Position numbers and translations under genes: made by a program. Under the pieces are notes generated by a model. The model worked only from the letters and a program-made list of their open reading frames with translations, ran no database searches and had not been told where the DNA came from. From positions 218,426,001 to 218,490,000 of the forward strand of contig OZ024743.1 in assembly GCA_964016885.1 (NCBI GenBank): 64,000 nucleotides of DNA. Direction: 5' to 3'. Positions within the stretch are counted from its first letter, which is position 1. Each line of letters starts with the position of its first letter. Shown here piece by piece: positions 12,942 through 25,800 of this stretch. Source of the stretch: Eledone cirrhosa. Lineage: Eukaryota.

Positions 12942-13185
12942 TTATATTAAATGAGTTTTTTAAAAAAAGAGTTAATAAATAAATAAAACGTTATACTTGT
13001 TTTAACATCCCATTTCCAATTAAACCAAACGCTATCATGACTGTATGTGTGTGTTTGTGTAAATGTATATGTGTGAATGTATGTATGTTTGTGTGAAAGT
13101 ATGTGTGAATGTATGTGTATTTGTGTGAATTATGTCCGTGAGTGTGTATTTTTATAAGGTTGTGTTTGCGCCATTATAGTTATAT

Positions 13186-13278
13186 ACTTTGCCTTTCATC
13201 CTTACGGGGTCGATAAAATAAAGTACCAGTAATGCACTGGAATAATTGCTGGCCTTGTGCCAAAAGTAGAAACAATTA
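13186..13278 (+). mobile_element. 5'-truncated SINE family B
   Basis: Core and tail only; flanked by direct repeat attatagttatatact. Confidence 0.8.
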
Positions 13279-13536
13279 TAGTTATATACTCATAATAGTT
13301 ATATACTCATACATATAGATGTATGTATGTACACACTCATATGCGTCAGTGTGTAGAAAATCATAATCTCTCTCATCATACACTCTCTCTCTTTCTATAT
13401 ATGTGGTGGCGACGATATACTGGAAGTGCAACTTTGAAAAGAAGTCAATTTTAGATTATTTATTTTTAGAAATTATTTGTTTACAAAATTTAGCACATAA
13501 ATTATGTAATATTCATTCATTATTTATTCAAAGTAA

Positions 13537-13650
13537 CCTGAGTTCAAATCCCGCCAAGGTTGACTTTGCCTTTCACTTTACGAGGTCAATAAAATAAAGT
13601 ACCAGTAATGCACTGGGTAATTGCTGGCCTTGTGCCTAAAGTAGAAACAA
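13537..13650 (+). mobile_element. 5'-truncated SINE family B
   Basis: B-box, core and tail; TSD ttatttattcaaagtaa. Confidence 0.8.
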
Positions 13651-14234
13651 TTATTTATTCAAAGTAATCCTGCTTATTTTACTAACTGGATTAAAAGAAA
13701 TAAACCGTACACAGTCCCACAGCCCTTGCTTTATTATAGTTTAGATTCATTAGCATATAGTTTAATATTTTATTACTTTTTTTAACTATGAGCAGTGGAT
13801 TGGCAAAATCTTTAGAACATTGGAAAAAATATCTTACAATATTTGTTTTTTGCCCTTTACATTCTGTAATCAAATCCCACCACTTCATCGTTCCTTCTTC
13901 TATGGTTGATAAAGTTAATACCAGTAATGTACTGTGGTTAATATAATTGATTATTCCCTCCTGCCAAATTTGAAACCTTTTGCCTATGTTAGAATACATT
14001 GTTTTCTTTTGACTATGCAAAAGGCTTAGATTTTTTTAGTAGTAGATTCATAGGTAATTACTTGTTAAACGATGATGATGATTTATCATAACTATTTATT
14101 TATGTATAATAGGGCAGAGGATAGCAGAAATGGTAGGTATACTACGACAACAAAAAAGTAGGGTGCCAGAGTATCCTCTTGGAGCAAAACTGGTAGGTTT
14201 TTAAACAATATAAAGAAAATATTATATTAATGAT

Positions 14235-14955
14235 AATGGTTTCTGATTTAGGCACAAGGCCAGAAATTTGAAGGGAAGGGGAAAGTCAATTAAATCGACC
14301 CAGTGTGTTACTGGTACTATATTTTATCAACCCCTGTGAGGATACCACAATGCGTGTTGTCCAATGCTCTACCGTTACCGCCAATCCACTGCCCTATAAT
14401 AATGGTTTCTTATATAGGCACAAGGCCAGCAACTTTGGGGGAGGGGAAAGTCAATTAAATCAACCCCAGTACGTTACTAGTATTTTAATTTATCGATGCC
14501 GTAAGGATGAAAGGCAAAGCTAATTTGAGCTAAGAGCATATAGGGCAGTAACTCTGGGGTGCAAAGCAATACTGCCACTCCACCACCCTAAAATAATTGT
14601 TTCTACTACTTTTAGGCACAAGGCCAGCAATTACCCAGTGCATTACTGGTACTTTATTTTATCTACCCCGTAAGGATGAAAGGCAAAGTTAACCTCGACG
14701 GGATTTGAACTCAGAATGGCAAGGGCCGTAACTCTATGCGTCAAAGCATGGCGTCCGACCCTCTACCGATACTGCCAATCCACCGCCATACTGCCAATCC
14801 ACCACCCTAAAATAATAATAATTGTTTTTGCTTTAGGGACAAGGCCAGCAATTTGAAGGGGAGAGGAAGTTTGATTAAATCGACCCTAGTACATTACTGG
14901 TACTTTATTTTATTTCCCCCCATAAGGATGAAAGGCAAAGCTAACCTCGCGGGAT
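14235..14955 (-). mobile_element. Cluster of four same-orientation SINE family B copies
   Basis: Repeated 'gg(c/g)acaaggccag..actggtact..ggatgaaaggcaaag' units starting at ~14235, 14400, 14596, 14818. Confidence 0.85.
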
Positions 14956-15046
14956 TGTAATAAAGAATGATAATATTAGATGTTTACCATTAAATAGAAA
15001 TGAAGCAAAAGTAGAAAAAAGGTACAATGAACTGAATGAAAGGAAA

Positions 15047-16020
15047 ATGATGATGATGGTGTTGCTGAGGATAATGATGATGACAGCAATGATGATGATG
15101 TTGTGGCTGGTGATGGTGGTGGTGGGTATAATGACGATGATGATGTGGCTTGTGATGGTGCTGGTGGTGGTGCTGGGGATAAATGATGATGACACTGATG
15201 ATGATGATGTGGCTTGTGATGGTGCTGGTGGTGGTGCTGGGGATAAAGATGATGACACTGATGATGTGATGATGATGATGATGATGTGGCTTGTGATGGT
15301 GCTGGAGGATGATGATGATGACTGTGATGATGATGATGATGATGTGGCTTGTGATGGTGGTTGTGGTGGTGCTGGGGCATAATGATGATGATGTTGCTTG
15401 CGATGGTGTTGCTGGGGATAATGATTATGACTGTGATGAAGATGATGATGATGATGATTTGGCTTGTGGTGGTGGTGGTGCTGATGATAATGATGATGAC
15501 TGTGATGATGGGACTGGTAATGGTGGTGGTGGTGCTGATAATGATGATGACTGATGATGATGGGACTGGTAATGGTGGTGGTGGTGCTGATAATGATGAT
15601 GACTGTGATGATGGGACTGGTAATGGTGGTGGTGGTGCTGATAATGATGATGACTGTGATGATGGGACTGGTAATGGTGGTGGTGGTGCTGATAATGATG
15701 ATGACTGTGATGATGGGACTGGTAATGGTGGTGGTGGTGCTGATAATGATGATGACTGTGATGATGGGACTGGTAATGGTGGTGGTGGTGCTGATAATGA
15801 TGATGACTGTGATGATGGGACTGGTAATGGTGGTGGTGGTGCTGATAATGATGATGACTGTGATGATGGGACTGGTAATGGTGGTGGTGGTGCTGATAAT
15901 GATGATGGGACTGATAATGGTGGTGGTGGTGCTGATAATGATGATGACTGTGATGATGGGACTGGTAATGGTGGTGGTGGTGCTGATAATGATGATGACT
16001 GTGATGATGATGATGATGAA
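15047..16020. repeat. (GAT)n/(GGT)n-derived repeat maturing into a 51-bp minisatellite
   Basis: Near-perfect unit GGTGGTGGTGGTGCTGATAATGATGATGACTGTGATGATGGGACTGGTAAT from ~15470 to 16010. Confidence 0.9.
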
Positions 16021-16145
16021 AATAATAAAATAGAAAAATAACTAACTGGTTGAAGTTAACCATGAAATTAACAATTTGTGGTTATGAGCAGCTAATCTGA
16101 ATTGGTTATTATGTAAAAGAAGAGAATCATTCTCTTCTTTTACAT

Positions 16146-16333
16146 AATTGTTTCTACCTTTGGCACAAGGCCAGCAATTACCCAGTGCATTACTGGTACT
16201 TTATTTTATCGACCCCGCAAGGATGAAAGGCAAAGTCAACCTCGGCGGGATTTGAACTCAGATCGTAAAGGGACGTAACTATGCTGGAAAGCATGGCGTC
16301 CGACCCTCTACCGATACTGCCAATCCACCGCCT
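16146..16333 (-). mobile_element. SINE family B, full length
   Basis: Complete head, core and tail; flanking repeat ttttacataat. Confidence 0.85.
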
Positions 16334-16540
16334 TTTACATAATAATAACCAATAAGGTGTCAACTCCATATCTTAGCTATCTTGCCTGATTTTAAGAATA
16401 TCCTACCATAAACTATCTCCTTTTGCCTTGCCTTTCTTTCCTTGGCTCTTTACTTTAGTCCTTCACCTCCCTAAACCCTCCTAATAATCATTATTGTCAT
16501 TAATAACTAGTATTTCCTATGACAGTCAAAGTTCGCTCAC

Positions 16541-16601
16541 CAATAGGACTGCAGCAGCGCCATTTTGAAAATGTATTATTCTCACTCTTTGATTACCTGA
16601 G
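16541..16601 (-). other. Possible short exon with start codon (MALLQSYW...) and/or YY1-type site
   Basis: CCTTCTCCTCCTCTCAG acceptor, CAAAATGGCG context, TG|GTGAGC donor; no homology recognised. Confidence 0.3.
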
Positions 16602-17654
16602 CTGAGAGGAGGAGAAGGTGGGGATGGGGTGGGGTGGCGGTGGGGTGGGGTGGGTTGCGGTGAGGTGGGTTGCGGTGAGGTGGGGTTGGGGTGAAGTGAA
16701 GTGAGCTGGGGTGGGGGTGTGGTGAGGTGAGGTGAGGTGGGGCAGAATTTGGTTTTAAACTTGATGGCTTAGTATATACAGATGACACCAATGGTGGTGG
16801 TGATGGCAGTGTGGGGGTGATGCCGGGGGGGGGGGGGGGGGAATGGTACTAGTGGTGGTGGGGGGAGAACGAGTGTGGATTGGAATGGACTTAATAGTAG
16901 AGTAGCTATGGTGGTGTGGTTAGTTGGTGGTGTGTTGTGTGTAATGTTCTATATTGGCAATGATGTGGTGAGTGTGCGGGATGTGTGTATTTGTGTATGT
17001 ATGTATGTGTGTGCATGTGTACGTCTGTGTGTGGGATGTGTGTGTATGTGTGTATGTGTGTATGAGTCTATGGTGTACGTGTGTGTGTTTTGTGAAGATA
17101 ATGACTGTAAAAGCAGTAATAAGTAGCAGTATATTATGATGATGACAATGGAGCTGATGAAGATGATAATAATCATGATCATCGTGGTGATGGTGGTGGT
17201 GGTGGTGGTTATGGTGGTGGTGGTGGTGGTGGTGGTGGTGGTGGTGGTGGTTGTGCTACTAGTAGGGATGATAATGTGGATAATGGATGTGATGATAATT
17301 GAATGTAGCAGAGATGATGCTGATGATGATGATGATGATAATTATAATGATGATGCTGATGATGATGACGATGACAATGATGACGATGGTGATGATGATG
17401 ATAGTGTTTGTTGATAGTAAGCTGTGATGAGGGGCAAGGCTATGGTTGGTGGTAGTGATAATGCTAGCTTCAGTATTGCTGCCGTGCAACCCTGGTTGAG
17501 TATTGCTACAATGAAAGGCATTCCAGCCATGACCATCACATCCTTCATCGTATGTGCAAGGAAACCAGGACCACACGACATTATCTAACATCTCTTCCTA
17601 AGACAGGAGGGGACATGAGTTTTAGTTCCTTTTTCTGGTAGATTGAGTGACTAC

Positions 17655-19760
17655 ATGGTGGTGGTGGTGGTGGTGGTGGTGATGCTAGTGGTGGTAGTGG
17701 TGGTGGTAGTGGTGGTGGTGGTGGTGGTGGTGATGGTCGTGGTGGTGGTGATGCTAGTGGTGGTGGTGGTGGTGGTGGTGATGGTAGTGGTGGTGGTGGC
17801 GGTGGTGGTGGTGGTGGTGGTGGCGGCGGTGGTGGTGGTGGTGGTGGTGGTGGTGGTGGTGGTGGTGGTGGTGGTGATGCTAGTGGTGGTGGTGGTGGGG
17901 TGGGGTGGGGGTGATGGTAGTGGTGGTGGTGGTGATGGTGGTGATAGTGGGGGGGGGGGGGGTAGTAGGGGTGGTGGTGGTGGTGGTGGTGGTAGTAGTG
18001 GTGGTGGTGGTGGTGGTGGTTGTGGTGGTGGTGGTGATGGTGATGGTAGTGGTGGTGGTGGTGGTGGTGGTGGTGGTGGTGGTGATAGTGGTGGTGGTAG
18101 TAGTGGTGGTGGTGTTGGTGGTGGTGGTGGTTGTGGTGATGGTAGTGGTGGTGGTGGTGGTGGTGATGGTAGTGTTGGTGGTGGTGGTGGTGGTGGTGGT
18201 AGTGGTGGTGGTGATGGTAGTAGTGGTGGTGATGGTAGTGGTGATGGTGGTGGTGATGGTAGTGGTGATGGTGGTGGTGGTGGTGATGGTAGTGGTGATG
18301 GTGGTGGTGGTGGTGATGGTGGTGGTGGTGGTGATGGTAGTGGTGGTAGTGGTGGTGGTGGTGGTGGTGGTGGTGGTAGTGGTGGTAGTGGTGATAGTGG
18401 TGGTGATGCTAGTGGTGGTGGTGGTGATGATGGTAGTGGTGGTGATGCTAGCGGTGGTAAAAGTGATGATGGTAGTGGTGGTGGTGGTGGTGGTCGTGGT
18501 CATGATGGTAGTGGTGGTGGTGATGCTAGTGTTGGTAGTGGTGATGATGGTAGTGGTGGTGGTGGTGTTGGTGATGCTAGCGGTGATAGAGGTGATGATG
18601 GTAGTGGTGGTGATGGTGATGCTAGTGGTGGTGGTGGTGATGATGGTAGTGGTGGTGGTGGTGGTGGTGGTGGTGATGCTAGTGGTGGTAGTGGTGATGA
18701 TGGTAGTGGTGATGGTAGTGGTGGTGATGCTAGCGGTGGTAGAGGTGATGATGGTAGTGGTGGTGGTGGTGGTAGTGATGCTAGTGGTGGTAGTGGTGAT
18801 GATGGTAGTGGTGGTGGTGGTGGTGATGCTAGCGGTGGTAGTGGTGATGATGGTAGTGGTGGTGGTGGTGGTGGTGATAATGGTAGTTTGGTGGTGGTGG
18901 TGATGATAGAGGTGGTAGTGGTGATGATGGCAGTGGTGATGGTAGTGTGGTGATGCTAGCGGTGGTAGAGGTGATGATGGTAGTGGTGGTGGTGGTGGTG
19001 GTGGTGATAATGGTAGTTTGGTGGTGGTGGTGATGATAGTGGTGGTAGTGGTGATGATGGTAGTGGTGATGATAGTGGTGGTGATGCTAGCGGTGGTAGA
19101 GGTGATGATGGTAGTGGTGGTGGTGGTGATGCTAGTGGTGGTAGTGTTAGTGGTGGTGGTGGTTGTGGTGGTGGTGGTGGTTGTGGCGGAGGTGGTGGTG
19201 ATGGTGGTGATGGTGGTGGTGGTGGAGGTGGTGGTGGTGGTGTTGTTGGTGGTGGAGGTGGTGGTAGTGGTGATGTTAGTGGTGGTGGTGGTAGTGGTGA
19301 TGTTAGTGGTGGTGGTGGTAGTGGTGGTGTTGTTGGTGGTGTAGGTGGTGGTGGTGATGGTAGTGGTGATGTTAGTAGTGGTGGTGGTAGTGGTGGTGTT
19401 GTTGGTGGTGAAGGTGGTGGTGGTGGTGGTAGTGGTGATGGGTAGTGGTGGTGGAGGTGGTGGTGGTGGTAGTGGTGTTGTTGGTGGTGGAGGAGGTGGT
19501 GGTCGTCATCGCTGTCGTCGCCATCGTGGTAATTATGATGATGATGATGATGCTGATGATGATAACAATTATGATCCTGACAGTGATGATGGTGGTTGTG
19601 ATAATGATGATGATGATGAGGATGACCATGATGAGGATTATCATGATAGTGATGTTGGTGCTGATAATGAGGATAATTATAATGATGATAACGATGATGA
19701 TGATGATTATGGTAGTGGCAATGTTTATGACTGTGGTCATGATGATGATGGTGATCATTT
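17655..19760. repeat. ~1.85 kb (GGT)n trinucleotide tract followed by (GAT)n-rich sequence
   Basis: Direct reading; explains the poly-V, poly-G and poly-T ORFs. Confidence 0.95.
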
Positions 19761-19815
19761 TATGATGGGTTTTTATGTGTGTATGCATGAGCATGATGCT
19801 GGGATGGAGTAAAGG

Positions 19816-19850
<35 letters not shown>

Positions 19851-20176
19851 TTGATTGGCAGTAATTCTTGGTAGCAAGTCCTAGCTGTACCAGCCAGCCT
19901 GTCCCTCCACCTCTACTATCACCACCTCCACAGAAATAATTGAATTCAACCATGTACATAATTGTACAGTGGCAATGAGATGGAATGTAGCAAGAATTGA
20001 CAATCTTACTGCAGTTTTAGACAGAAATGTTACTGCTGGTGTAGCACTGGAGTGTGTTTGTGTGTATCTGTGTGTGTGTGTGTGTGTGTGTGTATGAGAA
20101 TTTATGAGTATGTGTGTATATGTATATATATATATCTTGTTTATTTATATATATATATATCTTGTTATATGTATCT

Positions 20177-20216
<40 letters not shown>

Positions 20217-20310
20217 CATATATATATATATCGAATATATATATTGAATTAAGTGAATAGAATTGGCGACAATTTGAACTAAAACTGATCTCATTTCTTG
20301 AAGTTTCTAA

Positions 20311-20350
<40 letters not shown>

Positions 20351-20391
20351 AAAAAACGAAATATCAGTGATGCATCTAGACTCAGTTTATT

Positions 20392-20473
20392 GCGTGTTAC
20401 AATTGTTTCGCTGGCAGATAGCTCGAGACATAGCTCTGCTCTGTAAGAACATAGAGTGCTCAACTGGCATACC
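20392..20473 (-). ncRNA. Type I hammerhead-ribozyme-like motif with variant core CAGUUGA
   Basis: Minus strand: CAGTTGA-GC...GC-GAAAC-AATT-GTA, then AATAAA; stem I is imperfect. Confidence 0.45.
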
Positions 20474-20518
20474 GTTTATGGAAGCACCATAGCTACCATT
20501 AAACACACATATATATAT

Positions 20519-22340
20519 ATAATGAAGGAGTGAAGAATAACATGGATAAGCTATACAGTAGGATTTATTCCAAGTATTAACAAATGTGGTTTAATCCAAT
20601 TTTCAACTATTTCATACGCACCAAGCTACGCTTCATCTTCTTTAATTTAATAGATAAACACTTCCCAAAACCACATAAATACCACAAAGCCTTCAATAGA
20701 AAAACTATTAAACTATTATATTCTACTGCAGCAAATATTGAATCACACATAAAAACAAAATCAACTCTAAAAGAATCTCTAAAAATATTAGTCCACACAC
20801 CAATGACATCACATCTAACATCAAAAGCAACAATAAAACAACATCACAACCAGCCAGTCAACAATATTTGACACACCAACAAAACACAAACAGACCAGCA
20901 TCCCAGCCTAACTCAAGCCACACATCAGACTATAACAAAGAGCCAATACATAGGAAGGCCACCAAGTGTAACTGCCACCTACCTGATAAATGCCCACTAC
21001 AAAACAAATGCCTTGAATCCAATATTGTATATCTGTATACTATAAATTCTGGTGACCAGGAGTGGTATTACATAGGTTCTACAGCAAAAGAATTTAAAAA
21101 ACGATGGTATGTACATAGACATTTAATCAAGTACCACAGGCTCATTAACACAATGGCGTTAGCCAATAAAATCTGGCCGCTCGTGGATAACGAACAAAAA
21201 TGCGAAATAAGCTGGTCGAAATTATCGATGGCCAAGGCTTACATGCATGGTATGTCCCAATGTGGATTATATAATATGGAATTGCTCCATATTTTGCACT
21301 GTAGTAAGAAACTACTAAATAACAAAATCGAACAGACAATCTACTGTAGGCATATAGTTGTCAGCAAGTTCTCAAATTATAAACCAAAATAAACAGGATT
21401 CGATCCAATAACTTTACTATTTGTATAAACACTATAATTCCCTAGACTTATAACATCTGCAAAACTGGTGCCACCAAACCACTCTAGCATCCTTCTTATC
21501 ACCATTAACATCACATCACAAACCCACCATAAATCATCGTACAAGCACAGATATTTTCAATATCAACAATAAAGAGCCGGTTCCTCCAAGAACTTCAAAG
21601 GTTAGGCCATTAACCAATAGAATGCAAGAAGCAGTGAATAAGTATTTTATCTTTATAGACACAGCCCTCCAACTCTCTTTCCCTCACATATGTTATCACT
21701 CATCCATTATTGTCATTGTCACCTTCAAATTACACCCCCACTATTTTAATCACCCATCGGACATGTATATCCCTATATATATCTTTCAATATACCTTTCA
21801 GTCTTCCTGTCTGTCTTTTATTATATTGTCCTTCATACTATACTGTCCACCACCCTATTATTCTTTCATCTTAACGGCTGTATACCTATATCTATATGTT
21901 TATTTTATTTTATTTTGTATTTTCACTTTTAATTTTTTATTTTTTTATGTTTATTTCCTTCTTATTTTATTTTCAATTCTTATTTTATCTGATTGTTATC
22001 TTGTTTCCCATCTCACTACTCTTTTCATCTCACTATTTTTCATGTTATTTTTCATTTTCTTACTATTTCACATTTCACTATACTTTTCATCTTGTTATTT
22101 TTCATGTTATTTTTCCTGTCATTATCTGTACACCACACCCCAGTATAAATGCCTTGTATCACAAGTCGCAAACTAGTATTTTGATAATTTGGCTGGTGAT
22201 AACAGTACTTAAAATCGAATGTCAAAGCTGCACCACAAATAGCGATTTTTAGACACACCGGGCTAATGAAACATTTGTTAATACTTGGAATAAACCCTAC
22301 TGTATAGCTTATCCGTGTTATTTTTCACTCCTTCATTATT
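20519..22340 (+). mobile_element. Penelope-like retroelement, 5'-truncated, with an inverted terminal segment
   Basis: WFNP..LIDKHFPKPHKYHKAFNRKTIKLLYS (PLE RT C-terminus/linker) and CNC..CPLQNKCL..NIVY..YYIGST..FKKRW..H (GIY-YIG); 20519-20587 is the inverted copy of 22271-22339. Confidence 0.9.
20584..21392 (+). pseudogene. Penelope-like RT thumb/linker plus GIY-YIG endonuclease, frameshifted
   Basis: ORFs 20584-20871 and 20868-21392 carry the motifs above. Confidence 0.85.
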
Positions 22341-22808
22341 AATACTCCAGCAACTGCTTACCTAGGAACTGTCTGGAATCAGCCACCCGAACACCACAAC
22401 TAAGCAAACATCTTGTCGAATCAAACAACACCACATTTTAGAATCATCCACTGTACAGATTACTCATAACCTCTACTTGGATTACCCTATACGATACCTT
22501 GTTTACTTATATATATAGTAGAGAGTCAGGGCCAAGTGGCTGAGCTCTTGCCATTTCAACACCAATTTCCAGTATTATTATCCCAAGTATTGTGTAATCT
22601 GATGAATAATGGTCTTACCAAAACAACCACTTTACATTGTGGGCCAAAGATGTGGGTGAGGGTGGTGCTTGGGGATTGGGGAGATAGATTTAGAAATGTC
22701 TGTATATATGTATAATATATAAATCAGCAATACTTGGACGTAGAACAAGTTCATGCAAAAACAGTTTTATGATGTAGTAAAAAATACCAAATAGAAGTAA
22801 CAAATAAT

Positions 22809-23027
22809 TGTTTCTACTTTTGGCACAAGGCCAGCAATTATCCCAGTGTATTACTGGTACTTTATTTTATCGACCCCGTAAGGATGAAAGGCAAAGTTAA
22901 CTCCGTAAGGATGAAAAGCAAAGTTAACCTCGGCGGGATTTGAACTCAGACCATAAAGGGATATAACTCTTTTTTGCTGCAAAGCATGGCGTCTGACCCT
23001 CTACCGATACTGCCAATCCACCACCTT
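22809..23027 (-). mobile_element. SINE family B with internal duplication
   Basis: 20-bp TSD aaatagaagtaacaaataat (22789-22808, 23028-23047); the core segment ccgtaaggatgaaa.gcaaagttaac occurs twice. Confidence 0.9.
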
Positions 23028-23099
23028 AAATAGAAGTAACAAATAATACGGACATGTGGTGACTGCTGCTATTACTGTATTTAATAACAAATGAAGGCA

Positions 23100-25340
23100 A
23101 ATTTGACCCTTTAAAGCTGGATTTTATTAGATTGGGATAAGATGTCACTATACTTTGATGATACCACAAGCCATGTTTACTATGAAGTCGATACTACATT
23201 GTGGCATCATTGTCATTTTGTAAATATATCAATTCTTCTTGTACATGTCTTCACAATTGATTACTTGGACTTCAAATGGGTTGCTGTACCAAACTGGAAG
23301 AGGCAATGCGATAATATCCTAAATTGCTGTACCATGTCATCATACAATGATTGCAAATAATCGTTGAAATTGATAGAGTTGACATCTTGAAATGTTCATT
23401 TTATATAGTATTAATTTAGAAATAAAGGCAGTGATGGATGATTCACAGTCGACAAGCATTTTCTGCTTTCCTTGCAATAAAGTATTAAGATCATTTAGTT
23501 TGGGAATATGTCGCTCAGGAAATAAATATCACATTTTGAAGCAATCGGAGAAATGGATAGTGGAGTTTATTGAAAAAAATTATTATTATATCAAACAGTC
23601 CGACAAAATGGACAACACAGTTGTCTTTTGACAATCATTATACTTCAGTGTGGTACAAAAACCTCACATAGTCATTATCATTATCACGGCTGAGTTGATG
23701 GAAAATTCGTTCAGACAAAGAATTTAATTTTAGCTTTTCACAGTTTTAATAACTAACTGCAGTAATTCATTAAGCCTGCCATTGTTATTTCTTGCAACTA
23801 AATGCTGCCAGTGAACCACACAATGAACTGTAAAAACAGGATGTGAATGTTCAAGTTTTAAGAGAGAAGAGAAATCTCTGTATCTACCTACCATAGCAGG
23901 CGCTCTATCTGATGCACAGGTAACAATATTAGTTAATGGGATGTTTTGCTCATTAAAAGATAACTTCAATAATCTAAAATAGATGTACCTTTTGAATCAA
24001 GGAACAATTGATCAGTCAACAGCATCTCTCAAGGTTGAATATTTTCATAAAAAATCAAACATACGCCATCATCAAGCATTGACTTCCCATAACTATTGAT
24101 TCATCAACTTGTATGGAAAGTTCTGAACTCTGGAGATAATGGATGAGTTGATGTTTGATGTCAGTGGCCATTTCATTTATACGTTGAGAAATTCTGTTAT
24201 TACTAAGTGGAATTGTCTTGATAAATGCACCAGGTTTTTATACATTATAGTCGAGAGAATTTCTTCAATAACAGTTCGAAGTAATGTTTCTCCTACAGTG
24301 TGGGACTCATTGACATTTGCAACCAGTAATGCAATGTTGTACGACAAAATAATCACTTGTTTGGCTGCATTGTTGCTTTCCGAAATTCCAAGATCAACGT
24401 TTTCTGCTTTTCGAATGAGGTTTTCACTTGTAAGAAATGTGACAAAGAGTTTTCCTTTGGGTTGACATGCTTAGAATATAAATGATACTTTAAACATTAA
24501 GGTTTCATTGCTTAAAGTTTGGTTGACTTCTCTGAGGAGAAGCGATAAACCCATAAGATAAATAATAGTGCTGTGTTGACAGATTTTCTTAAAAGAAGAA
24601 ATTGGGGTGTTTAAAAATCATACAATACAAAGAAAAAATAGGAACAATAGATGACAAAATTTTCATTCAATCAGTTATATTGCTACTTAAAATCTCTATT
24701 CAATAATCCACAAATATGACTTGGCAATCAATACAATCCAACAAGTTCAAGTAGCTGTCTGTTTGTATGGGCATGCGCATTGAGCTGTGAATAGGTCCCA
24801 TCTTGGGACTCATATTTTGTCTGGCATTGTTGTCCACACCTCCTTGTCTACAGCATGTCATCAGATTTCTTAAAGGTCATTGCTTGTGTCAATTTTATGT
24901 GTGATCTCTGTGTTAGTGGCGTTGGTGAGTTTATCCTGGAGTCATTTTTTAATATTACTGGTAAAGTTGTTCTTGGTCTTCTCTTATCTGAAAAAAAATA
25001 TCATTTCATCCAAAGAACTATTTGAATGTTAATGACCCTCCTCAAAACTATAGAAAATACCAAAATGTTCCTTGTTAGAAGGAATATTTATATCTTAACT
25101 AAGAACGTAGCCCAGTTACTCCTATTTAACCTCCCATTTTTTAAATACAGGTTCTTTGCATATTTCTTTTGAATATGTTTTTCGGGTAGCATATGTTGCT
25201 TAATAATTTCCTACTTAAAATCCTATTATCGCCCACCAAAATTTCTAATCACCCACCATTTTCTATTCAGTTATTCATTGCCCACTCAACTGTTGAAATC
25301 ACCTACCATTGGGCGATATCACTCAGGCTGGGAAACTATG
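23100..25340 (-). mobile_element. Decayed hAT (Buster/ZBED-like) DNA transposon
   Basis: ASDRAPAMVG and TVHCVVHWQHLVAR (hAT D and CxxH motifs), IPLSNNRISQRINEM, IQVDES; TIR-like CATAGTTTCCCAGCCT at 25340 next to TTCTAGAG, a Buster-type target. Other end not found. Confidence 0.85.
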
Positions 25341-25611
25341 TTCTAGAGTAAGCAGATAACTAGATCAGTAAAAATTAAATCATCATAGTTTACCTTGCTA
25401 TCAAGTACTTTTCCTATTTTTCTCACCCATGAATTCCCATGAATTCAAGCAATTGAGAATCATCCCTCCTATGTCACTTCAGTCTACCATTTCCTTATTT
25501 CACTATGCAATGTGTTAAAGACATGTCACAGTTCACTACTTTATAATGACAACTATATGAGCAGCTAGTAGAAATTATACTGTACAACATTATTGAGAAC
25601 CTTTGATCCTT

Positions 25612-25800
25612 CGTCTTCTTCTTTGCCCACTTATTCCTGAGAGGGTCATGAGGGAAGAGTCCTCAAACATTCCTTCCAGTGGGTCCTGTCAGAAGCAACT
25701 GTCAGGAGACCCAGGGGTAGACTCTGAGGAAGATGGTTGGATAACATCCATGAGCTTTCTTGGTCTGACTTGGGGATCCAGCCAGATCAGTTGGAGATGG
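25612..25800 (-). mobile_element. LINE 3' fragment homologous to 5462-5705
   Basis: Shared 'gcccacttattcctga.gagggtcatg..agagtcctcaaacattcc.tccag'. Confidence 0.55.

Noticed and set aside
14941-19959. Poly-Val, -Gly, -Thr, -His and -Asp ORFs
   Set aside because: Trinucleotide repeats are open in most frames; no splice or homology support.
21622-22252. Hydrophobic membrane-protein-like ORFs
   Set aside because: T-rich low-complexity 3' region of the Penelope-like element.
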